This document shows, in pieces, positions 63,835 to 64,000 of a stretch of DNA of 64,000 nucleotides. The position numbers and the translations under genes are program-made. The stretch's first letter is position 1. The number at the start of each line of letters is the position of its first letter. This stretch comes from Vicugna vicugna (Eukaryota). The notes under the pieces are model-generated. The model had not been told where the DNA came from and made no database searches. It saw only the letters and a list, made by a program, of their open reading frames with translations. Where the stretch lies: positions 2,204,244 to 2,268,243 of the forward strand of contig MU058252.1 in assembly GCA_013265495.1 (NCBI GenBank), read 5' to 3'.

Positions 63835-64000
63835 AACTAACTATCAAAGACGTATGTGTAAAAGAGCTAAAACTATTAAACTCTTAGAAGAAAATATAGG
63901 CACCATCTACTGTAAAATAAAACCAAATAGAAATTCTAGAACTGAAAACTACAGTGTCTGGAAAGGAAAAAAAAATCATTAAATGTGACCTTGGATTAAG
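63835..64000 (+). mobile_element. Old L1M fragment running off the window
   Basis: AAAACTATTAAACTCTTAGAAGAAAATATAGG...TGTGACCTTGGATTA. Confidence 0.8.

Noticed and set aside
1..64000. CRISPR arrays, operons or prokaryotic defence systems
   Set aside because: The sequence is mammalian. I saw no regularly spaced repeat-spacer array and no dense gene packing.

Overview
This is mammalian, not prokaryotic, DNA. It is most likely camelid (alpaca/vicuna/camel), because it carries five tRNA-Ala-derived SINEs of the Vic-1 type plus a consistent family of young L1 3' ends. I found no protein-coding exon or RNA gene that I can support. The supplied ORFs are chance ORFs in GC-rich DNA or remnants of L1 ORF2 and Tigger transposase. 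The window looks intergenic or deep-intronic. It contains about 12 younger L1 3' fragments (several with readable target-site duplications, TSDs), older L1M, L2 and MIR fragments, MaLR/ERVL solo LTRs, one MER44/Tigger7 DNA transposon and microsatellites. A CpG-island-like region at about 40.9-42.0 kb carries GC boxes, ETS sites and a strong CTCF motif. I see no evidence of a novel multi-gene system. The most interesting signals are retrotransposition structures (a twin-primed 5'-inverted L1 with a second L1 at its junction, clustered 5' truncation points, a possible micro 3' transduction, inverted L1 pairs) and a few orphan regulatory-looking elements. Repeat family names come from recalled consensus sequences, not a search. 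Boundaries of old repeats are approximate.
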